From NCBI RefSeq assembly GCF_023055435.1, contig NW_025963846.1:8742001-8806000 (forward strand): a stretch of DNA of 64,000 nt, given 5' to 3'. The notes under the pieces are model-generated. The model ran no database searches. It was not told the origin of the DNA and saw only the letters and a list, made by a program, of their open reading frames with translations. The stretch comes from Haliotis rufescens. Lineage: Eukaryota. Positions 26,201 through 41,443 of the stretch are shown here, piece after piece. The translations under genes were made by a program, and so were the position numbers. The stretch's first letter is position 1; each line of letters begins with the position of its first letter.

Positions 26201-26916
26201 ATATTGCTGACAACGGCTCAATTCACACTCCCTCACCCTTATACCAGCTAGAGTTATATGACCTACAACCACAGTCTACCAATACCAACTGACAAGCCAT
26301 CCATTATCTTGTGTAATACAGCACGATGAAGCATTTTCCTTAAACTACGAAGCGTAAGCCCATCATTTAAGAAAAATATTTTTACCCTAACACAAATTCT
26401 GATAAATCTAATTATAACGGCTATTCGTCAGCCTTAAAACGTAGAGGAAAGCCAGAAGTGACACTATCTACCACCAGACAAGAGGCTTTCAAAGAAACCC
26501 AATTTCTTGTTCACACAATCTCCGCCACCCTGTTTGAACACGGAGACAAATGATTGTCCCCAGGGACAGCCTTGTCACGACGAGCCATTGTAAACCGATT
26601 CCAGTCATTGAAATCCCACTGCAACCGACGGAACTGTAAGAAGGTCCCTTTGAGACTGTGTGGAATGAAAGGAGCCTTATTTTAATCTGCAGCATGTTTT
26701 AACTAAACCAGCCTTCAAAGACTTCATCAAAGTAAGGGTCCGTTTGAAGGAGATTTAGGTTATTCTTTGTTTATCGCTATATGTCGATCCACAAGATGAC
26801 GTACAGCTAGCTACCTTACATTTACAACCTGAAATACGTAATGGAGGTGAGGTGAAATAGGGTTTAACGTCGCGTTTATGATTATTGCACTTGTGTAATG
26901 ACGTGCACGCGCGTGC

Positions 26917-26957
<41 letters not shown>

Positions 26958-29900
26958 CGTGAGTGTGTGTAGGGGGGGGGGGGGGGGGGGGGGGCTGCTG
27001 TAGTCGTAGCCCACTGAGATACCATGCCGCAGTTTAACATGAATACTCCACTCAGACACAGCTCACTGACTCCGAGCCGACCAGTCCTTGTTTTATACCC
27101 TTACTGTCGAGGGCAAGACAGGGTAACAACAAGTACCATCTTTTAACCTCTTTTGGTATCACGCGGCCGGGGATCGAACCATCGACCCTCCGCATTCCTG
27201 TCAGACGCTCTATCTACTACACCAAGGAGGGACACGTTTGACGACGTAAGTAAGTGATAATGGTTTAAATCCGCCTTTAAGAATAAACCAGCAATATTAC
27301 GACAGCGGACTCCAGAAAAGGCTTCACATATTGTACAAATGTGGGGAATCGAACCTTGACATTCGGCATGCCAGCTGACGCTACCCGCCGCCCCAGTTGA
27401 CTAAAAGTAACTTCTTCATCAATACATTTGGACATCATATATTTGGTTCAGATACCATCCTTTAATACCAATGAAAACGTCTTACTATCACTGTCCGCTT
27501 CACACCACGTCTCGCTTATATAAGTGTAATAATCTTAAACGCTACGCGAAAACCCACTGCACTACAACATACATTATTGCATATCTAAACACTGCCTATG
27601 CAGTTTCCATGACTTTTATAGTGAGTGTAGGAATGGTATATAACGCCGCAGTCAGCAACATTCCATCCATATCACTGCGGCCCGTACAATATCGTGCATG
27701 GACATTGGCGGATCATAAGCAATGATCCTGATCCACGTCATCTGGGTGAGTGAGTGAGCGAGTTGGGTTTAACGCCGCTTTGAACAGCATTTCATTTATG
27801 TCACGGTGCGTCAGCTGAATGTGGGAGGAAAGCCCGAAGTGATGCAGGTCTCAGACGTTTACCACTTCGGTGAAACCAACGAACACGGGTATGGTGCTGA
27901 CAAACCTAGAAACATTATCGGGGCGAACCGGGATTCGAACCCAAAAAAAACAACAACAAAACAACAAAAACAAACAACAGAAACGACTGACCACCCGATT
28001 TCGGTATTAGTCGAATACTGGAAACGAAAACAAGATGCTTTGCTTTCATGCTGAATGTCAAAATAGTCTAATGATTAATAAAAAAAAATGTTGTTCACAT
28101 TATACGTCTTGTGGCAAAGGTGGATAACTTATTCTGTTCTATTCAAACAAATCGTACGAGGTTCAAGAAGTAAATAGTGGGTCTCTAACATCTAGCACTG
28201 TGGCACCTACAGACAGAGAGAGACTCACCCCCTTCTCCGCTGTGAGTAGTCTGTTGTCCCACCGGGGACTTCACCGGGCCTCGCATCCTCTCTCGCAAGA
28301 TGACCAGCGCCACTTCTAACGCCACAAGCAACTGAAACATACATGAAGTTATTGTTGGTTCAAAGATGTATAATGCGGGTCATATTTTCAATTCTAAAAT
28401 AATGATAAAATATCAAATATGAGCTGAAATTGTGCTTAGTTGGCAAATACGCCGGGGAAAAAGAAAGTAAAAGAACTTCAAAATTGAATTTGACCAACAA
28501 ATTACAAACGTTATCAAAACGTTATTGGGCTGAAAGCAGTTGTAGAAACACTGTAAACGTAAGCTCCAAAACACAACTATGATACCCGTATCAAATACAT
28601 CGCCATTGTATACCATTTCTTGTTTGCTTCATTTTTAGCCACCATCAAACATGGGTGTATACTTTCTTTTGCCCGGTATTTTTTTTGCCAACTACGCACA
28701 ATTTCAGCTCTCAAACTGATTTATTTATTAATATTTTTATTTTATTTCATTTTATTATTTCTCCCTTTGCGTTACACACTCACAAATAAATAAACATTAG
28801 ATATATACACAAATAAACATTGCTTTTTCGGTGTCAAAACAGATTTTTCCTTCGTCAATATTTTCCAACCATCTTGTCAAATCCCTCCCTATTTTCAGCA
28901 CATGTGTTTAGTGCAGGCTTCACGTGATTTACATGAAGGAGAGTTGTAATACCCAACAGTATGCAGACAACTATTTGTAGTCAACATATCATGTACTACA
29001 TTGCTGGAACCATCTGATGTTAACACGTTGTGTACAGCTAAAGACACTACATTACGAGTTTCCAAATACAGTCAAGACTCGTTAATCCGACAATCGGCTT
29101 TATCCGACACCAATGATGGGAACCGATTAAATCAGTGCTCTTTAGACCCGCTAATCCGACAGTCTCGCACTCCGACTCCGACACACCTAATTTGCAACGA
29201 ATTGCTGAAATCACTCATTAATCAGTCTCGTTAAACCGACACAGTGATCAGCGTACTCCGTGGTCATCTGCCCGCGAGTACACAGCCCGTGTTTTGATGC
29301 GAGGCGAGTCGGCTGGTAGCTGCATATTACAAAGCTGCAGCGATAAACTTGCTTAACAATAAACAATTAATGCTTTAAATAAAGATAACAGGATAATTCA
29401 CATGCTTGGATTACCTCAATCTTATTAAAATCAGATACAAGTTCTTGCTATCGACGAGGACATCCCATTACAAGTCACGTCAGAAGACGTAATTATCATC
29501 ATAGCTTCAGCGTAGTAGGTGTTCCCGTTTATTATAACAATTTGTTCTCATTAAATATTAATTTAGTTGGGATTATTACATTTTTTTGTAAGTTTGTAAG
29601 GTCAAAATGCATGCAAAGGAAACCCAGGTCTTGGAGACGTTTTGTTAGATCAACACTGAGCTTCCGGACATTTATTTTTCATGGCAATAGCTTCCGAACA
29701 TGATTTAGTATTGAATTATTTATACCCTGCTATGAAAAAAATGCCATATTTGTTTTTAAATTTCTCATAATTTAGAAATTATCTCTTATATATATATATA
29801 CTAACGAAAGTATTTCAATTATGTCAAGGACGATAGGACCGCGAAGATGATAGATGGGGCATGGGTGATGCAATGATCTAAGGCGTTCCAATTTGCTTGA

Positions 29901-32900
29901 TAGAGTTTTGTCCCTTAGTAGTTCCAGGATCCAGTGATCGCCTTAGGCGAACGGGCCACCAGTGAACTACCTTCACAACACAATTTCGGCGCCTTCAACC
30001 ACTGTGTCTTACGTGCCCAATCTAACCTCTTTCGGGCCGTGGGGTAGCCTAGTGGTTAAAGCGTTCGCTCGTCACGCCGAAGACCCGGGATCGATTCCCC
30101 ACATGGGTACAACGTGTGAAGCCCATTTCTGGGATCGCCCGCCGTGATATTGCTGGAAAATTGCTAAAAGCGGTGTAAAACCATACTCAATCAATCAATC
30201 TAACCTCTTTATAAAATAAACCCAGACATTCTTCGAAATCCTGTTTCCTTCTCAGTCGTTCCAGAACATCATGTCAGCTCAGTCATACTTCAATAGTAAA
30301 GATTATATCTTCAAGAAGCCAAACTTGACATTTTAAACTCTATTGGCAATAACGCCATTAATTGATTCACATTTAAACACGAACGTTCTTGTCAATGCTC
30401 TAAATATCATGGAAACAAGATGACGTGAAAATAACGCAGTGTTTCCGGGCGTGTAGGAGGGCGAATGAAAACGTCTTTCACAACGTCGCCATGTTTGCAC
30501 GCCTCTCGCCACGGCTCAAAGACTGACTTGCGGATCTGTAACGCAAGAGCTCCATGCAGTAAATGCCGATTCCACACAATGGTAAATCCGACACAAGTGT
30601 GCTTCACTAAAGTTGAAGTGAATAGGGAACTGGTGCGGCTACAAGTTTCCGCCCGTGACAAGCAATGCTACTACTTAATCACCAGTCGTGCTATAACATC
30701 TCTATGTAATCAGTGTATCGACCGGCACTGGCTAATGGACAGGTGACAGGTAGTGAAATAAGTTGCTGCCAGACATTGATCAGGTAATACGTTGTGTAAG
30801 CACGGTGAGATTGTCCCTGGGGTGACATTTGGCTCTCATGGGTGTCTTACAGCCGTGGGTAAACACATGCATGTGTCTTCTAGGCGTCGTGCATGTTGAA
30901 GGATGCAGTTAACATGAAGCTCGGTTGCTAGGGGTCATGAAATCAATGCTATGAATTCTCGGATGTGTACTATGTAAATACAACACGTCAACCACCGAGA
31001 GTAATCAGCCTCGGTTATCTGCCAAAACGTATTCCATGGGGCGGAAAGGGCAAATATTGGAGAATTATAGGAATGGATCACTGAAAATCAGCAAGGACAC
31101 CAGGTGTTCGCGAAAAGGGCACTCATGTCCTGGTGTACCTGTACACCCCTCAGCCATAACTTGCATAAATAAAGTAATAGTTTGTTTGCCTCAATAATGC
31201 ATAACAATTACAGTACCCCATTCTCTCTAACCCGATAAGAGCATTTATATAGAGAGGAGCTCCATGCGTCTTGTGAAAGATGATGCATCTCTCATATGAT
31301 GTATAGTTTCGCGAATGCTGCTCGTCACGAGATGAGAGATACATCATATTTCACCAGACACATGAAATATCATATTTATTATATACTTCATTTGTTATTG
31401 CATTGTTTGTTTTAAAACAAATTAGCAAAAACAATTAATACGAAAATCTTAATTCTCCTTACCATACATATTGACCTTGTCACACATGACACGTAAACAC
31501 GATATAGAGCTGATATAAAATATATAAAAAAATAATTAAAATAACAATATTTCACGCCTTCTGAATTAATAAATTCTCATTTTCTATTTGAGGTATTTAA
31601 CCAACCTAATGCACTCACGTCGCTACAGAAATGCAATACTCTTAAACCACATTTCACCTCATCTCACCAGAATCAGCTTGTCTGGTTCTATAGATAACTT
31701 GATACACATGTTTGTCACGAAGACTTCAAGTTAACAAGTTTCTGTAATTATATTTTACAAATAAACGACAAGTGGGAGTTGTTTATTGTACAAGAAAACA
31801 CTGCAGGGAGAATAAACCATGATGGGCGCAGGTGTTGTTGATAGAACAATGTTATATCGTGAAATAAACCACGCTTCGTTCTTCATTGTTCTTTGAGATT
31901 TATTACACAGCTGTCTAATATATATATATGTACTATGTATTGCGACATCGATAATTTATGTACATATCACACATTCCATCACGTCCAACACATGTTTTAC
32001 TGTTTTACCAACTGGTACCTTACAAACTATACAGGTAATATATATTTATCTCAACGACATCCATATTTACATATGATCAAGTCACAGACCAACTGCACGT
32101 GATCTGGACCCCGTTCACATGTGATCGGCCCTCCTACTCATCAACTAACTCCGCTGCCCGCCTATAGCATTACATCAAAGGGGTTGAAACCGTTATACGG
32201 CTTGTGAGTAACGTGACGTTCTACACGTACTGACAGCACTTCGGGTAACGCGAACCAGGTCTACTTCAAATTACATCACACTCTTAACAGTCATCATCTA
32301 TCTTGATTGTTTAAACACAATTTACGTACTGAGTTTGGTGATCTAATTGTTTTCTACTTTATCCACTTTATCCTTCATCTTTATCACTGTCTGGTTCTTT
32401 AGCGGACATGTTCTTCAGCGGATAGATAAGAACGCACTTTGAAAGCGCATTTTTCTGATTTATTCCTCTACTTAAGCAATAGTCAGTTTTAGTTAGCACA
32501 TAATAACTCATAAAAAGTGTTTGTGTGAGTGGCGGAGATACCGACAGAGCAGGACATGCTTACTCTTTTTGCGAACACCTGGTGTCATCACTGACTTTCA
32601 AAGATCTGTTCATGTGGTTTTAGCCGCTATTTTACCTTTGGCGCCCAGTGGAATGTGTTTCTGTAGGTGATGGAGACACGTTGTTCTATGGCGTTGGCGT
32701 TTTTTATTTAACCGGATTTAATTACAATTGCGAATAACACGTGCCTGTAGTACGCACTTAAACTCTAGCCATTTGGTTATCTCTTGAGCCATCACTGTTT
32801 CACGTGACAAACATCCCCATTTTCAAATAATGTTGCAGATTATATTCATGATTATTCCCTTAAACCAGATTTTATTCATGATTATTCCCTTAAACCAGAT

Positions 32901-35900
32901 TTTATTCATGATTATTCCCTTATACCAGATTATATTCATGATTATTCCCTTAAACCAGATTATATTCATGATTGTTCCCTTAAACCAGATTATATTCATC
33001 ATTATTCCCTTAAACCAGATTATATTCATCATTATTCCCTTAAACCAGATTATATTCATGATTATTCCCTTAAACCACTTGTATAACACAGCGGGTTCCA
33101 TTTTCATTTATGTTTTTGGTTTACGGATTCTGATTGGGAAACCTTTCGGCAGGGCGGAAAACAAGTAAAAAATATAATGCATTGTAGATCTACAGCATTT
33201 TTTAATCATCTTAAAGTTTGACATGGAATGGTAGGCGATATAAAAAAATCTTTAAAAATCTTGACCTGGTTCGGGTCCTTATGAATATTAAAGACCTATC
33301 ATCTGTCTGTGGCTTTTAATGTCATTTTTATTGTCAAAATGATCTTTAACCTTATTCAAATTTTATTTATTTATTTTGAAGTTTCGATTTTTAAGGTCTG
33401 CGGATCCGTAAATAAAGTAAAAAATGTAGGGCCAAAGCCTGGTATTTAGTAAAAGAGCATTTCGTTTTCGATATTGTCAGATAGTCTTCGTGCCAGTGGG
33501 TATTTTGTATTCGTTATCTTGATTATCTTGTTTGATATTAAATAGAATAAACAATTTGAGTGACACACTCTCTTAAAATCTCATTGTTACGTTTAGTTGT
33601 ATTTGACAAGATCCAGCAAGTCATTTTCGGCGCTTGCTTCAGGCTGTAGCCAGGGCCAGATTGTAGACGGACACAGAATTCAACACACGCAGGGGCATGA
33701 TTAGCTTGCTCAAGACAAGAGTAAACTGTCACTTGCAGAAAGCCCCAACAGCTCGCCTAACAATCAACGGATATGTGGGGGTCAGGTGGCAAGGCTGGGA
33801 AGTGGGTTTCATTGTGAAAAATCTATAAACATTCCATGGGTTTTGTTCGGAAGGAATCGAGGTAACTACACTTGCATCCCAATATAACTATCTTACCTTG
33901 AGAAATATCAACGTTTAATTCAGTTATCTGTGGGGTTATTTATTCAACAATAGCTATGACATCACGTTTCCTGAAAATATTATTTGAATTTACCTGATAT
34001 TTGAATTGGTGTGAGAACCACAATGGGGATATGGTGGGGTGAGGGGTGGGTGGTTGTAAGGGTTGGGTGAGGGGTGGGTGGTTGTAAGGGTGGGGTGAGG
34101 GGTGGGTGGTTGTAAGGGTGGGGTGAGGGGTGGGTGGTTGTAAGGGTGGGGTGAGGGGTGGGTGCTTGTAAGGTTGGGGTGAGGGGTGAGTGCTTGTAAG
34201 GGTTGGGTTGTGGGTTGGCGTGAAGGAATCAGCAGAGGTGGGGAGGAAACTAGTTGAGGTGAAGGTTGGAGAGTGGAGATAGAATGGGTGAGTGTGGGAT
34301 GGTATGAATGAGTGTGGGATGGTATAAATGAGTGTGGGATGGTATGAATGAATGTGGGATGGAATGAATGAGTGTGGGATGGTATGAATGAGTGTGGATG
34401 GTATGAATGAATGTGGGATGGTATGGATGAGTGTGGGATGGCATGAATGAATATGGGATGGTATGAATGAATGTGGGATGGTATGGATGAATGTGGGATG
34501 GTATGAATGAGTGTGGGATGGTATGAATGAGTGTGGTATGTTATGAATGAATGTGGGATGGTATAAATGAATGTGGGATGGTATGAATGAGTGTGGGATG
34601 GTATGAATGAGTGTGGGATGGTATAAATAAATGTGGGATGGTATGAATGAGTGTGGGATGGTATAAATGAATGTGGGATGGTATGAATGAATGTGGGATG
34701 GTATGAATGAGTGTGGGATGGTATAAATAAATGTGGGATGTATGAATGAATGTGGGATGGTATGAATGAATGTGGGATGGTATAAATGAATGTGGGATGG
34801 TATAAATGAATGTGGGATGGTATGAATGAGTGTGGGATGGTATAAATGAATGTGGGACGGTATGAATGAATGTGGGATGGTATAAATGAATGTGGGATGG
34901 AATAAATGAATGTGGGATGGTATGAATGCGTTTTGGATGGTATAAATGAATGTGGGATGGTATGAATGAATATGGGATGGTACAGGTGAGTGTAGAGGTG
35001 GATGATGGGTGGGTTTTGATGTTGTAGAGAAATTGAGACGGTAGGGATGTAGTAGCCAAGAAACAAGCCAGAACGACCCGGATGGGTTTACATCTGTACC
35101 CAGTCCTGTTCAAAACAGGCGCATGAAGTCAACTACGTTGAAAAAAGGAAAGCCATTATCTGCCCATTGTTCCCCACCTGTCTCCATGCTGCACACACTC
35201 CACGGCTTCTTTAAGAACCCACCCCAACATGATAGTGACGTTATATTAGCCGATAACTGAGACAAGATTCGGAAACAATCTTTTGATCTTGCAGCTTGAT
35301 GCATCGATTTATTTTTCCAAAGTCATGACAAGTAAACGGAATCGTTCAAGAAAGACGTGGCTGCTCTTTAACTCCGCGGTGCCATTTCTTTACGGGCAGA
35401 TAAAGTGACGCGCAATCCGCCTTACCGTCGTCTCCCAGCTGTTAACAGGGAGGTGGGTGTAATTAACTCATCTAATGGGGAAGGAGAGATGCGGAGCCTG
35501 ACCGAGTGAGTAAATATTGGTTCTTGGGAATCTTACGTTATCGGGAGTGTATACTACTCAAAACAAGTAAAAGAACACCCACAAATTGGTAGGCTGTTTG
35601 TTGCCATACCAACCAGACGTGACTGGTTAACTATTGGCGTTGAATTAATCGGATGTTCTTTATCATCTTTTGAGTAGTATTTATCACAACCAGGCGGTAG
35701 GGGCACTTCTTGTAGAATAATTAACACCTTGTAGCTACGGCACAAAGAATAAGTTGGTAATCATTATACAACAGCCTCGTGCAGCGGAGGTGGTATTGGA
35801 ATTTTTTAATGTGGTCTCACGTTNNNNNNNNNNNNNNNNNNNNNNNNNNNNNNNNNNNNNNNNNNNNNNNNNNNNNNNNNNNNNNNNNNNNNNNNNNNNN

Positions 35901-38900
35901 NNNNNNNNNNNNNNNNNNNNNNNNNNNNNNNNNNNNNNNNNNNNNNNNNNNNNNNNNNNNNNNNNNNNNNNNNNTCGTACAAAGGTAGCCGATGGAATAT
36001 CATGTATTGATTACTTCGTTTGAACATCTTGGTTGGAATCCCGATGCTGGCCTTGGGTTGGTTGGTTGTTTAACGCCGCACTCAGCAATATTCCAGCTAT
36101 ATGACGGCAGTCTGTAAATTATTGAGTCTGGACAATCCAGTGATTGATATCATGAGCATCGATCTACGCAATTGGGATCGATGACATGCATGAACCAAGT
36201 CAGCGAATCTGACCACCCAATCCCGTTAGTCGCCTCTTATGACGCTGGCCTCAGGACTTCGCTCGCAATGCGATTCACCGGAGGCACGAAGAAACAATGG
36301 CACTGCTTAAACCAGGGACTAACACGGTGTCGAACTCGGGTGGTTACAGGGTAGGTTGGTCTGGTTGCTTTAGTGTATCATTATACCCGATGACCCATTG
36401 CGATTATACCTCATGAATATGCATTGATATTCTAATGTGTGAGCTAGCCCTCGCATGATGATATTCCGTTTTCTACCCGATGACATTATAATTAGCAATT
36501 ACATAACGCGGAGGCATTGCACATTGTTATTAATTGGCACAGTTACCCCTAACTAATTAGCCTATCGCACGGTCTCGTATACATATTGAAAGATTTGTCA
36601 ACTTATTTTTGTTACAATAAAATAACTGTTAGTAAAGGTATATAAAGGCGTCTCCTTCAACCAACATACATTGAACATAGTTCCACACTTGTCAAAGCCG
36701 AGATATCTTTCCCTTCTTTGTGGTCCTCTTGGTTGTTGTAGGCACGGGTGGCTGTGCAGAGTTGCGTCCCTTACAAGTGCCAGAAACCTATGAATGTGGG
36801 TTCTAATCCCATTTCGCCCCGATTATGTTTCTAGGTTTGCCAGCACCATACCCGTACTCGTGGGGTTCACCAAAGTAGTAAACGTCTGAGACTTGCATCA
36901 CTCCGGGCTTTCCTCCCACATTAAGCTGACACGCCGCGATATAACTGGAATACTGCTTAAATCGTATTCACTAACTCACTTTTGGTTTTTGAGGACACGA
37001 TAATTTTAGAACACTAACGATTTATGCTTGGACCGATAACTGGCCGGACCCTTGACTCGTGGGCCCCCTCAAGGGGCTAATTGTCTCACCAGTGGATCTG
37101 AAGAGGACAAACACTTTACGACAAATTAGCCGCCGACGATGAATACAAACTTGTTTGATTTCAAACTGCATGTTTTCACCAAAACACAGTCTCTAACACG
37201 CATCTGAGGAAGCGGTTACCCTCAGCACTCGCTCACAACCGTGCGGGACACACGAGTGGTATATTCTCCTTGTAGTGTTTTATTGTACGATAAACAACGA
37301 TCACGAGTCGTTTATTTTTTATATGAGATATCAACATTATGTACAGCCTCTTTAAGGATGATGATAAAATGTACAAGCTTTGAAAATATTACCCGTATTT
37401 TACTAATGATGACTCCCTGGGGAACAACTCACTAGACACTACTACATTCGTGACCATCTCGTGTTATTCCGGGACAAGCCGAATAGCGACTCGTGCCCCT
37501 CTCATGGCCATTTTGTGCGACCGGGTTCCGTCTTAGCGCAAACGGGCATACATAAAACAATTGTCAACTCGTTCCGTAATGGTTCACACATATTTCCCCA
37601 TATATTATATATATTTCAGATGCAATTTAAAGCACATCGGGACGTGCGGGATTATACACTGTGATTGAACACACTTAGCTGTGTCTTGGGTATATTTTTA
37701 GACGCAGGACATATATAAAATCAAAAATTATTTCTGAGGGATTCTTTGATGAAGAACTTGAAATCATACGCGCATTCTGATTGGTTTGTCGTATTTTCGC
37801 ACATAACATTTATCGATAGGGGGACGAGTCTTCTTGCAGGTTACGGAAATGGGCGAGTGGTGACGAATGGACACTACTAGTCATCAAGTCGAATCTCCAG
37901 AAATGACGTCATGATAGAACAATGTTTTATCGTGAATTAAACCACGCTTCGTTCGTTATTGTTCTTTGCGATTTATCGCGTGGCTACATTATAGAGATGC
38001 ATATACGACCCCGGACTGGGGTATAAACACCTATGTATGCCGTAATTCCGATGAAGCATCTCTGTAATCACTTGGTTATCTTTTTCCTCAGGGTGGGTTG
38101 TCAAAAATATCTTCATTATTTGTTTTGAAAGAAATGACGGCAAGGTGAAATTAAAACAAGAAACGAAAAAGATTCCCGACACAGGAGTATATCTTTGATG
38201 ATTCATTATGCTTTGGTTGTAAGATATATATATATGTTTGCCGGCGGCCATCTTGATAAAAATGTTCAAATTGGATTTATTAGCGTTGACGTTTCTCAAT
38301 TATAATAACTGATACGTTAGAATGCGAAAACTGTTCTCAAAATGTTTCCATCTGTAAATCAAGTTATGAAAGAACAGCGCGTATGGCAGCAATATTCTAT
38401 AAAGGCTGGAGAAATAACCTCATCTTTAGCTCCATGACAAATGCAGTTTTTGCAGTTTTGGAGGGTCGACACACAAATGGCATGAAGTCATTATTTGCTT
38501 CAAGCCCCTATCTATAATAAACCCAGGTCCCAGACACTGAATACATGGTCACTGGGTCATACAAGTGTACAGGAGCAACACGTCTTTGTAGAAAAGAAAT
38601 TAATGAACATACAGATTAATTTACATTATAACACGCTCGGACAAGTTTCGGTGTTTGAGGATATAACCATAATACACAAACTATGAATATCTCCCGAACT
38701 AAAACGTAGATTCAAACGATCATTTATTAATGAATGCACATGTCTATGAACAGAAACATTAACTCCGCTACTGTTTGCCTGCAGACATAACAGCGATCAC
38801 AGTGTCTACAGGTGTTCACAACGTGGTAGATAGTTGTATGTGGTTTTATTACGGTAGATAAATCATTGGACGAGTGTTATAATTTGATTGGTGCGTTTTG

Positions 38901-41412
38901 TATGTTGCAGCAGATGTTTCTAGCGATGAATTCATTCTCCAGGAAAAAAAATAATTTAATATATTCTTCACTAATAGGTACAGGTGAGTCCACACCTACG
39001 AATCACATGGAAGTACGTGAACCCTACCACTCAAACAAACCATGCCAAGTCAGTTGTGAAGTGACAAGATGCTGCTGCCGTTTGATACATTAGTCTTGAA
39101 TGTTTAATGTACTCAGATTGAACTCATCAACAGTCGACAGCAACACGATATTCTTACAAGCGTAACAATTCTCCAGATAGTCACAATTCAGCAAGTAACC
39201 AAAACAAACAAGACAAACTATGTACAATCATGATCATACAGTAGTATTTATCCGGCAAATATAAGGTGTGTGTGTTGTTGTGTTGAATTGTGTGTATAGC
39301 GTGTGTTTGTGTGTGTGTTGTGTTGTTTTGTTTGTGTGTTGTGTGTGTGCGTGTTATGTCGTGTGTGTATGTGTTATGTTCTGAATGTTGTTTTGTTAGT
39401 GTGTTGTTGTGTTGTGTGTGTAGTGCGTGTGTTGTGTTTTGTGTGTGTTGTGTTATGTTTTGTATGTTATTTTTTTGTATGTGTTGTATGTGTTATGTGT
39501 ATTATGTGTGCTGTGCTGTGTGTATTTATCCCGCAAATATAAGGTGTTTGTTGTGTGTGTTACGTTGTGTGTAATTATACCGCAAATATAAGGTGTGTGT
39601 GTGTGTGTTGTTATGTGTGTTATGTTGTGTTATGTTGTGTTGTGTGTAATTATACCGCAAATATAAGGTGTGTGTGTTGTTATGTGTTTTGTTATGTGTT
39701 GTGTGTAACTATCCCGCAAATATAAAGTGTGTGTGTGTGTGTTGTTATGTGTGTGTTGTGTTGTGTTGTGTTGTGTGTGTGTCTGTCTGTGTCTGTGTCT
39801 GTTGTTTTACGCCGCACTTTATTACAGCTATATGCCGCCAGCCTGTAAATAATGGAGTCTGGACCACACGGTCCAGGTGTGGGTAACGATCCACGCTGTA
39901 AGGGGACAATGAAACGCTATCAACCAAGTCACAGAGCCTGACCACTGATCCATTACGTTGCTTCTTAAGACCAGCATGGGTTTCTGGGGACCAATTCTAC
40001 CCGGGAATACTGGCGGGGCCACAAATACAAGCCTGGAAAAACGTTCAGCACTGCTCCACCCCAATGTCCATATATTCAATGTACCATGTGATACTGAGCT
40101 CATGTTAACAAATATCTAAGATACCTGATGAAAAGATGGTATACATAACTGTGTGTTCCTCCAGATGGTCGTTAGGACTGGTCATATCACACGAGGCATG
40201 GTATGGTTTTACGCCGCTTTTAGCAATAGTCAAGCAATATCATGGCGGGGGACACCAGAAATGGGCTTCACACATTGTACCCATTTTGGGAATCGAACCC
40301 GGGTCGTAGGCGTGACGTGCGAACGCTTTAACCACTAGGCTACCCCACCACACCCATGAGGCAAAGAAACAGGTAGCAGTTGAAATAGTAGTCATATTAA
40401 ACGTCATAATAAACTGCCGGGCAAAAGAACGCATACACTTGAAAATTGGATTTGACCAAAACATTATACGTTATAAAAACGTTAACAGGCTGAAACATTC
40501 GCCGAAACCCTGCAAACTTTAGGTCCAAAACACAACTATGATACCCGCATCATCATCATTCAATAACCATTTCTTATGTTTATTTGTTTTCAAACATTGG
40601 TGTATGCTTTATTTTGCTCGGCAGTTTATTTATGTGCTATCTGCATGTAGTTTTAACGTCAACGAAAAGCATAATACTATTGATTTAAGGTACTTCATCA
40701 AAGTATGCATCCAAGCGGCGTCATATAGCGAATTATTAGCGAGCACCAAAGACGGGTGTGAACTTTCTTTTGTCCGGCAGTATAGTTATGGAGCAGTTAC
40801 ATACATTATGTATTAGGTAATCGATTCCGATTTCTGTATTTTAATACGAGTACGTCACTTTGAAAATAAAAAATAAAAGTGTTTTGTCCTTACCTAAAAA
40901 GCAGATATTATTTCAAAGCATTACAATTGTATGTGGAAAAACAGAAAGCGACGCCTAACACTTCTCCAAGTGTAAAGTATAACAAATAATTATGTCAACA
41001 TCAACTTGTTCTGGGAGTGTTTCAATACTAACACCTACCTGCAGCCCTCCTAGTATATAGAACGCTATAGGCACGTGACTCATGTTTCTGTAACGGAAGA
41101 CCTTCCGTGGCTGAGGGGGAATTTCAACAGAGACATTTTCCTTCTTCTCAATAGCGGTGTGGGGTTCGACGGTGTACCCGTCGACGAAGGGGGTACAGTC
41201 CATGTTGAGTAGGAACGCTGATGCTATCATTGGACTGACGAACGCCCCGAGACCATAGCAGCAATGCATCGCCTGTAGACAAGGACATATGTACGGTAAC
41301 AACAGAGAAGTCTGTAACTGAAGTTAATGTTTTAACGCCGCTTTGAGGTGAAATGGGGTTTAACGTCGCGTCCAAGATTATTGCACTTACATAGCGACGT
41401 ACATGCACGTGT

Positions 41413-41443
<31 letters not shown>

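Noticed and set aside
30033-30105. tRNA-Asp-like sequence (and similar heads at 40200-40350, 44130-44200 and 53437-53530)
   Set aside because: These are SINE heads: no clean acceptor stem, each continues into a SINE body and tail, and they are multi-copy with TSDs.
33990-35113. 358-aa and 190-aa His/Pro/Ile-rich ORFs
   Set aside because: Translations of 20-bp and 28-bp minisatellites whose periods are not multiples of 3.
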